DNA of 64,000 nt from an uncultured Gemmataceae bacterium. GTDB lineage: Bacteria; Planctomycetota; Planctomycetia; Gemmatales; Gemmataceae. A model generated the notes under the pieces. It was given only the letters and a program-made list of their open reading frames with translations, was not told where the DNA came from and did no database searches. Position numbers and translations under genes: made by a program. Below are positions 50,100 to 61,383 of the stretch, one piece after another (within the stretch, counting starts at the first letter, position 1; every line of letters starts with the position of its first letter). The DNA lies in contig CAVVPN010000004.1 in the NCBI GenBank assembly GCA_963750165.1, positions 416,001 through 480,000 on the forward strand, in the 5' to 3' direction.

Positions 50100-51320
50100 A
50101 TGCCAATGCCCGCAGACCCCGAGATCATCCTGACCGTCAGCGCCGGCCCGCACGCCGGCGCCACCTTCACCTTCAGCGGCCGCGACAACTTTGTCGTCGG
50201 CCGCGAACCGCCGGCGCACTTCATCCTGCCCGACAAGGACGCGACCATCTCGCGCGTCCACTTCCTGATCGAACTCAATCCGCCGCTGTGCCGCCTGACC
50301 GACCTGGCCAGCAGCAACGGCACCTTCCTGAACGGCCGCCGCCTCGCCGCGCCGGCCAACCTCTGCGACGGCGACGAAATTCGCGCCGGCCAGACCGTCC
50401 TGCGCGTCGCCATCCGCTGGCCGCTGGAGCCGACCGTGGCCCTGGGCGAACCACTACCGGAGACCCAGACGCCGCCGCGGCCGCCGGATTTTTTGCCGCC
50501 GGGCTACGAGTGGGTGCGCGAACTGGGCCGCGGCGCGATGGGGGCGGTCCACCTGACGCGGGCGCTGAACAACGGCCGGCTGTTCGCCGTCAAGACCGTG
50601 CGGCCGGCGGTCAACGCCACGCGCCGCGATGTGGACCGCTTCCTGCGCGAGATTCGCGTCCTCAGCGAATTGAGCCATCCGCACATCGTCGCCTTCCGCG
50701 AATTTGAAGTGCTGCGCGGTCACTTCTTTCTGGTGATGGAATACGTCGAGGGCACCGACGCCTACCAGGTGTTGCAGGCCGAGGGGCCGCTGCGGTTGCC
50801 GCGGGCGGTCGCCTGGGTGTGCCAGCTGCTCGACGCCCTGGACCACGCCCACAACCGCGGTTTCGTCCATCGTGATGTGAAGCCGGCCAATCTGCTGATC
50901 CAGCGACAGGACGGCCGCGAACTGGTCAAGGTGGCGGACTTCGGGCTGGCGCGGAGTTACGAGGCGTCGCGGCTGAGCGGCCTGACACGCGCGGGCCAGG
51001 CCGCCGGCACACCGGGCTTCATGCCGCCGGAGCAGATCATCGCCTACCGCCAGACGGGACCCGCCGCCGACCAGTACGCCGCGGCGGCGACGCTGTACAA
51101 CCTGTTGACCAATCAGTATCTGTTCGACTTCCCGGCGAGCACCAGTGCCCGGCTGCGGATGATTTTGGAGGAGGAGCCGGTGCCATTGCGGACGCGCCGG
51201 CCGGAACTGCCGGAGGAACTGGCGGTGGTCGTCCACCGGGCGCTGGCCCGTGACCCGAAGCAGCGCTTCGGCAGCGCGGCGGACCTGCGGCGCGAGTTGC
51301 TGCGGTTCGTGGTCGGCTGA
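50100..51320 (+). CDS. FHA-domain Ser/Thr protein kinase
   Basis: FHA motifs VGR, ISRVH and DLASSNGTFLNG; kinase motifs HRDVKPAN, DFG and GTPGFMPPE. Confidence 0.9.
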   Translation: MPMPADPEIILTVSAGPHAGATFTFSGRDNFVVGREPPAHFILPDKDATISRVHFLIELNPPLCRLTDLASSNGTFLNGRRLAAPANLCDGDEIRAGQTVLRVAIRWPLEPTVALGEPLPETQTPPRPPDFLPPGYEWVRELGRGAMGAVHLTRALNNGRLFAVKTVRPAVNATRRDVDRFLREIRVLSELSHPHIVAFREFEVLRGHFFLVMEYVEGTDAYQVLQAEGPLRLPRAVAWVCQLLDALDHAHNRGFVHRDVKPANLLIQRQDGRELVKVADFGLARSYEASRLSGLTRAGQAAGTPGFMPPEQIIAYRQTGPAADQYAAAATLYNLLTNQYLFDFPASTSARLRMILEEEPVPLRTRRPELPEELAVVVHRALARDPKQRFGSAADLRRELLRFVVG

Positions 51321-51336
51321 TGGTTCTGCCGGCGGG

Positions 51337-52797
<1,461 letters not shown>

Positions 52798-52819
52798 CGG
52801 TGCTCCCCTGCGTTGGTTT

Positions 52820-52876
52820 GTAGTACCGCCTTCACGCGGAATCAAAGTCTCCGATTCCGCCTGAAGGCGGAACTAC
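52820..52876. repeat. GTAG-family REP doublet
   Basis: GTAGTACCGCCTTCACGCGGAATC / GATTCCGCCTGAAGGCGGAACTAC (2 mismatches). Confidence 0.75.
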
Positions 52877-52888
52877 GAGCGAAGACCG

Positions 52889-53633
52889 TCAATCCTTACG
52901 AACTGGATGGTTGGCGACGTACCAGCGAATCTGCCGGGCCAGACCGAGGAGCACATCGACTTCCATCGCGCTCGGCTGGGCCCGGCCGAGCAGGTGCCGC
53001 AGCGCGTGCATCAGCGCGTCGGCCTTGTCACCATACAGGAAATGGATTTCCTCCAGGGCGGTGCGCACCTGAGCGAACATCTGTTCCTGGACCGCGAACG
53101 GCGCGGGCGGCGCGGGCGGCGCGGGCGGGCTCGTCTGTTGCAGCCAGCTCCGGCGCAGCTCGTACAGACACACGGCCACCGCCTGGGCCAGGTTCAGCGC
53201 CGGCGCCGCCGGTTCGGTCGGGATGTGGATGAGGAAGTGACAGCGCGTGATTTCCGCGTTGGTCAAACCGCTGGGCTCCGGGCCGAACACCAGCGCACAC
53301 GGCCCCTGCGCCAGCGCCGGCAGCAACCGCGGCAAAATGTCCTCAGGCGGCCCCACCGTTTGCCGGCGGTACAGCCCGCCGGTGCGCCGACGTGCCGACC
53401 ACCAGCAGACAGTCCGCCACGGCGTCGCCCAGTTCCGGCACCACCCGTGCCGCTTGCAGAATGTCCTCGGCGTGCGTCGCCAGCAGCCGGGCACGCTCGT
53501 CGGTGGGGCTCGCCGCCGGCGCGACCAGCACCAGCTCGGCGAAGCCCAGGTTGCGCATGACGCGGGCGGCGGCGCCGACGTTGGCGGCGGTGTACGGCCG
53601 CACCAGCACCACCCGACACGCCGCCAAGGTCAT
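52889..53633 (-). CDS. SPOUT RNA methyltransferase (TrmJ/TrmH family), frameshifted near 53385
   Basis: NVGAAARVMRNLG and VVGTSA in the first frame; ALVFGPEPSGLTNAEI and LNLAQAVAVCLYEL in the second. Confidence 0.85.
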
Positions 53634-53634
53634 G

Positions 53635-55935
53635 TCACCCTCGCGCCCGCTCCAGCGCCAGTTCCTTGACGCGCTTCAGGTCCACCTTGCCGCTGCCCAG
53701 CAGTGGCAGCTCCGCAATCTGGTAAAAGTCGCGCTCACGCGGAATCCACAGGTTCGGCAACCCCGTGCCCAGCATTTGCTGCCAGATTTGATGCACGTTC
53801 AGCCCGTTCAGGCCCAGGTGCAGCACCACCAGCCGCTCGCCCCTGGTCTCGTCCGGCACCGCGGTCACCACGCAGGCGCGCTCCGTCGTGCCCAGGATCG
53901 CGTGCAACTGGTCCTCCACCTTCTGGTGCGGCACCATCTCGCCGCCGATCTTGCTGAAGCGCGACAGCCGATCCGTGATTGTCAAAAACCCGTCCTCGTC
54001 GATGCGGGCGATGTCGCCGGTCACATACCAGCCGTCACGCAGCACCGCTGCGGTCGCCTCCGGCCGGTCCAGGTAGCCCTTCATCACGTTCGGGCCGTGG
54101 ACCAGCAGGAGCCCTTCCTGATCCGGCGGCCGCGGCGTGAACGTCTCCGGGTCCACCACCCGCACCGCCACGCCGGGGATCGGCTGGCCAATCGTGCCCG
54201 CCTTGCTGCCGATGATCTGGACGCCGCCCTCCTCACGGTTCGGCAGGTTCGCCGTCGCCGCCGGCGATAGCTCCGTGCAGCCATACGCCTCCAGCGGTTC
54301 GACGCCGAATTGCTCCCGGAACTCCTGCGCCAGCGCCGACGGCAGTTTCTCCGCACCGACCGCCAGCAGCCGCAGCGACCGGAAAGCGTCCGGCTCACAG
54401 CGGCGCAGGCTCATGCGCAGGAACGTTGGCGTCGTCAGGTAGATGGTACACTGGTGCTTCTTGATGAGTTCGCCGATCTCGCGGGCCTGGCGCGGGTCGG
54501 GGTAGTAGAGGACCGACGCGCCCACCTGCAACGGCACCCACATCGTCACCGTGAAGCCGAAACTGTGGAAGAACGGCAGCACGCCCATCGCCCGGTCGTC
54601 CGTCCGCAGCCGAATCGCCTCGATCATGGAGTCGGCGTTGGCCGCGATGTTGCCATGCGTCAGCATCACCCCCTTTGGCTCGCCCGTGCTGCCGCTGGAG
54701 AAAATCACCGCCGCCAGGTCGTCCGCCGTGTGCCCGCCCAGGCCCAGTTGCCAGTATTCCTGCACCCAGCCCGGCAACAGCAGCACAGCCAGATACGCCC
54801 GCAGCCGCTGCCCGCGCGTCACGTCCTTGCGGAAGTCCTCCAGGTAGATCAGCTCCACGCCTGGCCCGGCGTCCAGCGCCAGCTTGCGCGTGAACAGCCG
54901 CGAGGTCAGCACGTGCCGCAATTTGCACTGGCGGATCGCCGACTGCACGCCCTCCGGCGCGGCGGTGTAGTTCAGGTTCACCGCCGTCTTGCCGAGCAGC
55001 GCGACGGCGATGTTGGCGATGGCGCCGCCGACGGCCGCCGGCAGCCACAGCCCGACCATCGAGGCGTCGCCCAGCAACGGCCGCAGTTTGGCCGCGAGAA
55101 TCTTGGCGCCCGCCAGTACCTCGCCATAGCGGTACAGCGGCTTCTGGGCGTTGTTCGGGTCGATCAGGCACGGCCGGAACGGATGGCGGGCGGCGGTGCG
55201 GACGAACTGGCGGTGGACCGGGCGGCGCTGCGACCGCCGACGCAGGGCGCCGTCGGCGCTGAGCACCTGGATGGCCTGGCGCACCGCCGCGGCGGAGGTG
55301 CCCGGCGGCAGCGGCGGGCCGAGTTCCACGTCCACCGTCAACGGCAGCGGCAGTCCGCGGAGGTAGCGCACGGCGAAGTAGTTGAACGGACTGCCCCACA
55401 GCCGGCGGACGTGCAGCGGCAGCACCGGCGCCGGGCAGCGTCGGGCCACCTGCTCGAAACTGCGCTGGAACGGCAGCCGAAAGCCGGCGCCGGTGCTGCC
55501 GACCTCCGCGAGCAGGCACACGACCTGGCCGGCCTCCAGAGCGTCGCCGGCGGCGCGCAGCGAGTGCATCAGGCCGCGCGGCCCCTCGTTGTTCTCCGCG
55601 GGAATCACTCCGGCCAGGCGCATGAGCCAGCGCCGCCCCGGCAGGCGCGACTGCGGCGACCAGAGCACGAAGCGGACGCGGCGCGGCAGCACCGCCAGCA
55701 GCAGACAGGCGTCGAGCAGGCCGAGCGGGTTGGCCACCAGGAGGGCGCCGCCGCTGGCCGGTAGGTGGGCGGCGCCGTGCAGGCGAACGCGGTAGATCGT
55801 GTGCGCCAGCAGCCAGAACGGCAGCCGGACCAGGAAAAAGAAGCGCCGCCAGCACACCAGCAGCCCCACCAGGACCGCGGCGAGGCACACCAGGCCCCAG
55901 AACGCCAATGGGTCGAGTGGCGTCGGCGGCTGCAT
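53635..55935 (-). CDS. Aas-like protein: degenerate acyltransferase domain + AMP-binding acyl-ACP/CoA synthetase
   Basis: IFSSGSTGEPKGV, YGCTE, YVTGD, RFSKIGGEMV and LGSGK; N-terminal PlsC-like region. Confidence 0.85.
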   Translation of the reverse strand: MQPPTPLDPLAFWGLVCLAAVLVGLLVCWRRFFFLVRLPFWLLAHTIYRVRLHGAAHLPASGGALLVANPLGLLDACLLLAVLPRRVRFVLWSPQSRLPGRRWLMRLAGVIPAENNEGPRGLMHSLRAAGDALEAGQVVCLLAEVGSTGAGFRLPFQRSFEQVARRCPAPVLPLHVRRLWGSPFNYFAVRYLRGLPLPLTVDVELGPPLPPGTSAAAVRQAIQVLSADGALRRRSQRRPVHRQFVRTAARHPFRPCLIDPNNAQKPLYRYGEVLAGAKILAAKLRPLLGDASMVGLWLPAAVGGAIANIAVALLGKTAVNLNYTAAPEGVQSAIRQCKLRHVLTSRLFTRKLALDAGPGVELIYLEDFRKDVTRGQRLRAYLAVLLLPGWVQEYWQLGLGGHTADDLAAVIFSSGSTGEPKGVMLTHGNIAANADSMIEAIRLRTDDRAMGVLPFFHSFGFTVTMWVPLQVGASVLYYPDPRQAREIGELIKKHQCTIYLTTPTFLRMSLRRCEPDAFRSLRLLAVGAEKLPSALAQEFREQFGVEPLEAYGCTELSPAATANLPNREEGGVQIIGSKAGTIGQPIPGVAVRVVDPETFTPRPPDQEGLLLVHGPNVMKGYLDRPEATAAVLRDGWYVTGDIARIDEDGFLTITDRLSRFSKIGGEMVPHQKVEDQLHAILGTTERACVVTAVPDETRGERLVVLHLGLNGLNVHQIWQQMLGTGLPNLWIPRERDFYQIAELPLLGSGKVDLKRVKELALERARG

Positions 55936-56070
55936 GGCGAAGCAGGTTCCGGCCCCTGGCAATCGTGGCACGTCCATTCCCCCTCGCAGGCCGTTGCAGC
56001 CCCCCAACTTACCGACCTCTTCCCGACAGCGTACCCCGGGCGGCCGTGCGGGGCCAGAGCAAGATGCCGG

Positions 56071-56153
56071 CGAGCGGGGTCGCGTCAGCGCCCCGTGTCC
56101 GCGCCCCGTGTCCCAGTGGACGCAGGCACGGGGCGCTGACGCGACCCCGCTCG
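56071..56153. repeat. REP-like doublet, 27-bp perfect stem
   Basis: CGAGCGGGGTCGCGTCAGCGCCCCGTG and its reverse complement at 56127-56153. Confidence 0.8.
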
Positions 56154-56287
56154 TCCGGGTCTTGATTTGCCGTTGCCCCCGGCGCCACTTGCCGCTATAA
56201 ACCCGCCCTCCCGTCCACCACCCACACTGTCCGTCCCGCAGTCCAGGGCGAGAGCGCTGCGCGATCTCCTTAATTTAGGAAGTTCCG

Positions 56288-56641
56288 ATGGCTCCGAAAC
56301 CTCTCCTGCATCCTATACTGGTAAATGAGGCCCTGACACGCGGACTCGCGGACCCCGAAGCACGCCTGCTCGTGGAGTGGCTGGTCGATCAGGTGGAACT
56401 ATTGTCCAGTCAGGAACCCTCGCAATTCGTCCTGAACGCCCAGGTGCACCAGTTGTGCCACCGAGCCCGCTCCGTCAGTCGTTTTGTTCAATTGTGGTGC
56501 CACCTGAACGCCCGTGGGGCTGCCTGCCAGCTGGCCGCCACGGAGCGCTTCGCCTGGCCGCTGCCGACCGAAGCAGTGGACCCGTATGAGCTTATGCGCG
56601 ACATCCTCGACTGGGAGGCCGAGCAGACCGGCGCCGACTGA
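56288..56641 (+). CDS. Hypothetical protein (117 aa)
   Basis: ORF with an AGGAAG RBS, co-oriented with the downstream operon. Confidence 0.6.
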   Translation: MAPKPLLHPILVNEALTRGLADPEARLLVEWLVDQVELLSSQEPSQFVLNAQVHQLCHRARSVSRFVQLWCHLNARGAACQLAATERFAWPLPTEAVDPYELMRDILDWEAEQTGAD

Positions 56642-56727
56642 ACGCCCGGCACCCGCGGCACCAACGCCGCAGTCGCTGCCGCCGTTGATGAAGGTTCTGA
56701 AAAATCAATTTTCGCCCCGGTAATAAC

Positions 56728-56756
56728 TTGTCTCGGTTCTCTCTATTGGGTACGAT
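56728..56756 (+). promoter_or_regulatory. Candidate sigma-70 promoter for the HlyD operon
   Basis: TTGTCT-17 nt-TACGAT, 100 bp upstream of the GTG start. Confidence 0.4.
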
Positions 56757-56855
56757 CTAACAAGCTTGCCGAATCCTTAACTCCACCGGCAAGCTTCCTA
56801 CTGTCCCGGCCGTTCGCCAACTGCCACCCCCTTCTCTCAGCCACGAGGTTTTTCC

Positions 56856-58979
56856 GTGAGTGTGGGCCCCGAACCGAACGACGTTAACTTGCTGGAACAG
56901 GCGCGCCGCCAGATCAATCGCCTGGCCGAAGAAATCGCCAAGCTGTCGGAGATGGACCTGGCGCCGGCGGACTACTATGGCGAATTCCTGCAGCGCGTGT
57001 TAACCGCCCTGGCAGCCCCCGCCGGTGCCATCTGGCTGCGGACGCAGCAGGGCAACTTGCAGTTGCAGTACCAGATCAATATGCGGCAGGTCGGCCTCGA
57101 CCGCGACCAGGAGGGCCGCGCCGGTCATGACGAACTGCTGCGCCAGGCTCTGCAAAAGGGCCAGCCCGCCCTGCTGGCGCCGCACAGCGGTCTCGGCCAG
57201 GCCGAGGGCAGCAAGGGGCCGGCCGCCAGCAACCCCACCGACTTCGTGACCCTGCTGGCGCCGATCATGGTGGACAAAAACGTCGCCGGCCTGGTGGAAG
57301 TCTGGCAGGACCCCGGCCGCGGCCCCGAGGCGCAGCGCGGCTTCCTGCAATTCATCATCCGCATGGCCGGCCTGGCGTCCGGCTACACCCGCAACCACCA
57401 GCTGCGGCAGATGACCGGCCAGCAGCAGGTCTGGACCCAACTCGAAACCTTTTCGCGGCAGATCCACAACAGCCTGAACCCGACCGAGGTGGCCTACATG
57501 GTCGCCAACGAGGGCCGTCGGCTGCTGGAGTGCGACCGCCTCAGCGTTGGCCTGCGCGAGGGCCACGCCGTCCGCGTCGAGTCCATCAGCGGCGCCGACG
57601 TGGTCGAGCGCCGCTCCAACCTCGTCCAGCTGATGAAGGTGCTGATGTGGGAGGTGCTGCGCTGGGGCGAGAAGCTCATCTACAGCGGCACCCGCGACGA
57701 GACGCTGCCGCCAGAAGTCAACCATGCGCTCGACGCCTACCTGGCCGAGAGCAATAGCAAACTGCTCGTGGTGCAGCCGCTGCGCGACGACCGCGAAGCC
57801 GGGAGTAAACGGCCCGGCCGGTCAGTGCTGCTCCTGGAATCGTTCGACCCGTCGAACACGGTCGAGCAGACTGTGGCCAAGCTGGAGGTGATCGGCAAGC
57901 ACGTCACGCCGGCGCTGTACAACGCCTGGGAGCACCGCCGCATTCCGATGCGCTTCCTGTGGGTGCCGCTGGCGCACGTGCAGGAGGGCCTGGGCGGCAA
58001 GACCAAGGCCATTATCACGCTGGTGCTGATGGGCCTGGTCGTGCTGATCGAGGCGCTGGTGGCGGTGCCGTACCCGCTGCGCATGGAGGCCAACGGCGAA
58101 ATCCTGCCGATCCAGCGGGCGTACGTCTTCACGCCGGGGCCGGGCCTGGTCAAGGGCTTCCCCAGCAAGATCAAGCCCGGCGCCAAGGTCTTCAAGGGCG
58201 ATCCGGTGGTGCTGATGTATTCGCCGGAACTGGCCAAGGAAATCGTGGAGATGCGCAGCACCATCGCCAACGCCGAGCGGCAGGCGGCCATGTTCAAGGT
58301 CGTGCCGCGCGACGAGATGCCCAACGCCAAGGTCGCCCGTGAGAAACAACTCATCGACGCCGAGATCACCCTCAGTTTCGAGCGGAAAAAGCTGGAAGAC
58401 AAGCGGGTGCTGTTCAACGCCGACCTTGACCGGCCCGGCGAATATGCGCTGCTGGCGCCGATGACCGGCATCGTGTTGAGTTCCGACTTCAACGAGAAGC
58501 TCAAGGGCACCACCGTCAGCCCCTCGCAGCCGCTACTGCGCATCGGCCAGGTCAGCCACAACAAGAAGATCCGCGACGAGTGGGAGGTCGAGTTGAAGAT
58601 TCCCCAGAAGCACCTCGGCCAGGTGCTACTGGCCTTCAAGGACGGCAAAACCGAACTGGATGTCGATCTCCTGCTGACGACCAACCCGACCGCCACCTAC
58701 AAGGGCAAGCTATTGCGCCACCGCCTCGCCTCCGAGGCGACGCCGAACCGCGACAACAACAACGAGGCCGAGCCGATGGCCCTGGCCTGGGTGCGGATCA
58801 GCCCAAAGAAGGTGGACGGCAAGTGGGACATTCCGGAGGACCAGCAGGTGCCGCTTGACCTGCTCGTGACCGGCACCGAGGTCCACAGCCGTATCCGCTG
58901 CGGCAACCGGCCGATGGGCTACTCGCTGTTCTACGGCGTCTGGGAGTTCTTCTACGAGAAGGTCGTGTTCTTCTTCTAG
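56856..58979 (+). CDS. GAF-like domain + TM + HlyD/membrane-fusion-like protein
   Basis: GAF-like N-half (ANEGRRLLECDRLSVG), TM IITLVLMGLVVLIEALVAVPYP, and lipoyl-like half-motifs (VFKGDPVV; LLAPMTGIV) around a coiled coil. Confidence 0.75.
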   Translation: MSVGPEPNDVNLLEQARRQINRLAEEIAKLSEMDLAPADYYGEFLQRVLTALAAPAGAIWLRTQQGNLQLQYQINMRQVGLDRDQEGRAGHDELLRQALQKGQPALLAPHSGLGQAEGSKGPAASNPTDFVTLLAPIMVDKNVAGLVEVWQDPGRGPEAQRGFLQFIIRMAGLASGYTRNHQLRQMTGQQQVWTQLETFSRQIHNSLNPTEVAYMVANEGRRLLECDRLSVGLREGHAVRVESISGADVVERRSNLVQLMKVLMWEVLRWGEKLIYSGTRDETLPPEVNHALDAYLAESNSKLLVVQPLRDDREAGSKRPGRSVLLLESFDPSNTVEQTVAKLEVIGKHVTPALYNAWEHRRIPMRFLWVPLAHVQEGLGGKTKAIITLVLMGLVVLIEALVAVPYPLRMEANGEILPIQRAYVFTPGPGLVKGFPSKIKPGAKVFKGDPVVLMYSPELAKEIVEMRSTIANAERQAAMFKVVPRDEMPNAKVAREKQLIDAEITLSFERKKLEDKRVLFNADLDRPGEYALLAPMTGIVLSSDFNEKLKGTTVSPSQPLLRIGQVSHNKKIRDEWEVELKIPQKHLGQVLLAFKDGKTELDVDLLLTTNPTATYKGKLLRHRLASEATPNRDNNNEAEPMALAWVRISPKKVDGKWDIPEDQQVPLDLLVTGTEVHSRIRCGNRPMGYSLFYGVWEFFYEKVVFFF

Positions 58980-58986
58980 CAATGCG

Positions 58987-59064
58987 TCGCACCTGGGGTA
59001 GCGGAAGTCGCCAGACTTCCGAGCGCCGACGGAAGTCTGGCGACTTCCGCTACCCCAGGTGCGA
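58987..59064. repeat. GTAG-family REP doublet, 35-bp perfect stem
   Basis: Same core as 8429-8498; bounded by CTAG (stop codon, 58976) and TTAG (59070). Confidence 0.85.
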
Positions 59065-59143
59065 TCGGATTAGGCGGCCCGCCGTCGCACCCACGTCACC
59101 GCGTTAAAACATTCCCATGCCCTGTTAGCCCGGAGATCAAGCC

Positions 59144-61273
59144 ATGTTTCGTTGGTTCATGGTGTTTTTGGTGGCCTTCCTCATCGTCGGCGGAGTGGCC
59201 TGGCATCAGGGGTTGTTGCCCGGCGGCCCCTTCAGCGGCGATTCTGGCCGAGAAGGTGGCCAATCGACCGAGGGCCCCAGGGTGGACCTGGGCGGTCCGC
59301 TGTACCCGGCGGCGCCGGTGAACACGCCAGCGTGGCTGCTGCAAGAAATGGACAAGAAGCGCACCGACCGCCTGGTGCTGTCCGACTTCCAGTTCGAGGT
59401 GATGGACAAGCAAGACGTGATCAGCATGGCCGGCACGGGCAACAAGGAGGGCCAGATCCTGTTCATCGGCCAGGAAGTGTTCAAGGAGAACCTGCTGGGC
59501 AATGACGAGGGCCTGCTGAAAAAGAAATTTATGTGCGGGGACCGGCCGGTGTGGAAAGTCTACCGCCCCTTGAAGGAAGGCAACATCGTCAAGGAGGGCG
59601 ACATGCTCGCCCTGATTGAGCCGTCGGTCGCCGAGACGGACCGCATGATGAAAAAGGCCAAGTACCTCGCCGCCCAGGCTGACCAGAAGGCCTCGGAAGA
59701 GATTCTGAGCGCGACCACCAAGCGCCTGGTCATTTACCATCAGACGAACCACGGCAACAAGAAGGTCATCTCCCCGGAGGAAATGACCAACCTGGAGTTG
59801 ACCCAGGCCAAGTACGCGCAGGAAGTGGTGCAGAAGATTCAGGCCGTCAACCTCGCGATCAACGAGATGCAGGCGTCCGAACTCAATTACCTGTATCACG
59901 AGATCCGCTGCAAGATCCCCGGCGAGAGCGCCATCAAGGTCATCTACAAGAACCCCGGCGACGGCGTCAAGAGCCTGGAGCCGATCATGCAATTGCAGAG
60001 CGTCAGCCGGCTGCGAGCGATCGGCTCGGCGGAGGGCCAGTTCCTCGGCCTGCTGCACGAGGGCCAGCGTGTGGTGCTGGAGCCGAGTGTGGAGGTCGGC
60101 ACCCGGCCGCTGATCAAGGCCCACCGCGGCGAGATCACCGCAGTCGCCACCTGCGCCGACAACCAGCACTTCGTCACCGGCAGTGAGGACGGCACGGTCT
60201 GCGTCTGGCAGCACGGCAAGGACCGGCCCGTCGCCTGGCTGACTCATTCCGCGGCCGTGCGCTCCGTCGCCTGCTCGCCGGAAGGCGCGGAAAAGTCCTG
60301 GTGCCTGGTCGGTTGCGCCGACGGCAGCATTTACCTGTGGGACCTCAAAAAGACCGACGCGCCGGTCTACACCCTGCACGAGAAGCACCGCGACGCCGTG
60401 TCCGCGGTGGCGTTCAGCCCGAAGAACACCAAGGGGGCCTGGTTCGCCACCGGCGGCGTGGACGGCCAGATCAACCTGTGGTCCACCGCGGACGGCCAGC
60501 TGGTCTATCCCTTTGACGCCGAGCACGGCGCCGACAACGGCCACCAGGGGCCGATCACGTCGCTGCACTTCACGCCGCAGACCCGGCTGGTCTCGGCCGG
60601 CCGCGACCAGTCGTTGCGCGTCTGGGAACTGCACGAGAAGGGCGCCCGGCTGCACATCGACCCGATCACCGGCCGCGGTGGTTCCGTCAACCAGCTGGGC
60701 GTGAGCCAGGACGGCCAGTGGATGCTGTTCGACAAGGGCAAGTCGTTGACCATCCGCACAGTGGACAAGGGCCACACGGCCAGCGAGTTGACCAACGCGA
60801 TCACGGCGCCGGCGTTCGAGACGTTGGCCCTGTTCTCGCCGGACGATTCACTGCTGTTGACGGCCGGCGCCGCCGAGGGCCGGGTGCAGTTGTGGCGGAC
60901 GCCGACGCCGTGGGTCCGCGGTTTCGAGGCGCGGCAGTTCGTGACGACGGAGCGCTCGCCGGTGACCTGCGCCGCCTTTTCGCCGAAGGCTGGCCTGGCG
61001 AAGGACGGCTTCGTGGTCACGGGAACCAAGGACGGCTCCGTCTACGTCTGGGACAATGACCTGGCCGTGTGTGTGCCGACGCACGAGGACCTGCGGCAGC
61101 ACTGCCTGACGACGGACCTCAAGGGCCAGCCGATCCAGCTGACGCTGGTGGATCGGACGATGGACTCGGGCAAGGGCCGCATCGGCGTGGACATCAACAA
61201 CCCGCTGTTGAACGGCTCGACGCAGCGCCGCTTTCAGCCCGGCCAGCGCTTGACTGTCGTGGTGGTGGACTAA
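59144..61273 (+). CDS. HlyD/membrane-fusion-like protein with an inserted WD40 beta-propeller
   Basis: N-terminal hydrophobic anchor, LKEGNIVKEGDML and a coiled coil; WD40 repeats (AHRGEITAV...TGSEDGTVCVW, GHQGPITSL...AGRDQSLRVW); MFP-like C-terminal NP...FQPGQRLTV. Confidence 0.75.
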   Translation: MFRWFMVFLVAFLIVGGVAWHQGLLPGGPFSGDSGREGGQSTEGPRVDLGGPLYPAAPVNTPAWLLQEMDKKRTDRLVLSDFQFEVMDKQDVISMAGTGNKEGQILFIGQEVFKENLLGNDEGLLKKKFMCGDRPVWKVYRPLKEGNIVKEGDMLALIEPSVAETDRMMKKAKYLAAQADQKASEEILSATTKRLVIYHQTNHGNKKVISPEEMTNLELTQAKYAQEVVQKIQAVNLAINEMQASELNYLYHEIRCKIPGESAIKVIYKNPGDGVKSLEPIMQLQSVSRLRAIGSAEGQFLGLLHEGQRVVLEPSVEVGTRPLIKAHRGEITAVATCADNQHFVTGSEDGTVCVWQHGKDRPVAWLTHSAAVRSVACSPEGAEKSWCLVGCADGSIYLWDLKKTDAPVYTLHEKHRDAVSAVAFSPKNTKGAWFATGGVDGQINLWSTADGQLVYPFDAEHGADNGHQGPITSLHFTPQTRLVSAGRDQSLRVWELHEKGARLHIDPITGRGGSVNQLGVSQDGQWMLFDKGKSLTIRTVDKGHTASELTNAITAPAFETLALFSPDDSLLLTAGAAEGRVQLWRTPTPWVRGFEARQFVTTERSPVTCAAFSPKAGLAKDGFVVTGTKDGSVYVWDNDLAVCVPTHEDLRQHCLTTDLKGQPIQLTLVDRTMDSGKGRIGVDINNPLLNGSTQRRFQPGQRLTVVVVD

Positions 61274-61274
61274 G

Positions 61275-61375
61275 TAGTCATTAGCCATTAGTTATCCGGA
61301 CCCCGTTCGGGCAATAACTTGGTTCTGAACTGCGACCCGGATAACTAATGACTAATGACTAATGACTAATGACTA
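61275..61375. repeat. Heptamer (TAATGAC)n inverted-repeat hairpin
   Basis: TAGTCATTAGCCATTAGTTATCCGG ... CCGGATAAC(TAATGAC)x4. Confidence 0.8.
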
Positions 61376-61383
61376 TGTGAGCA

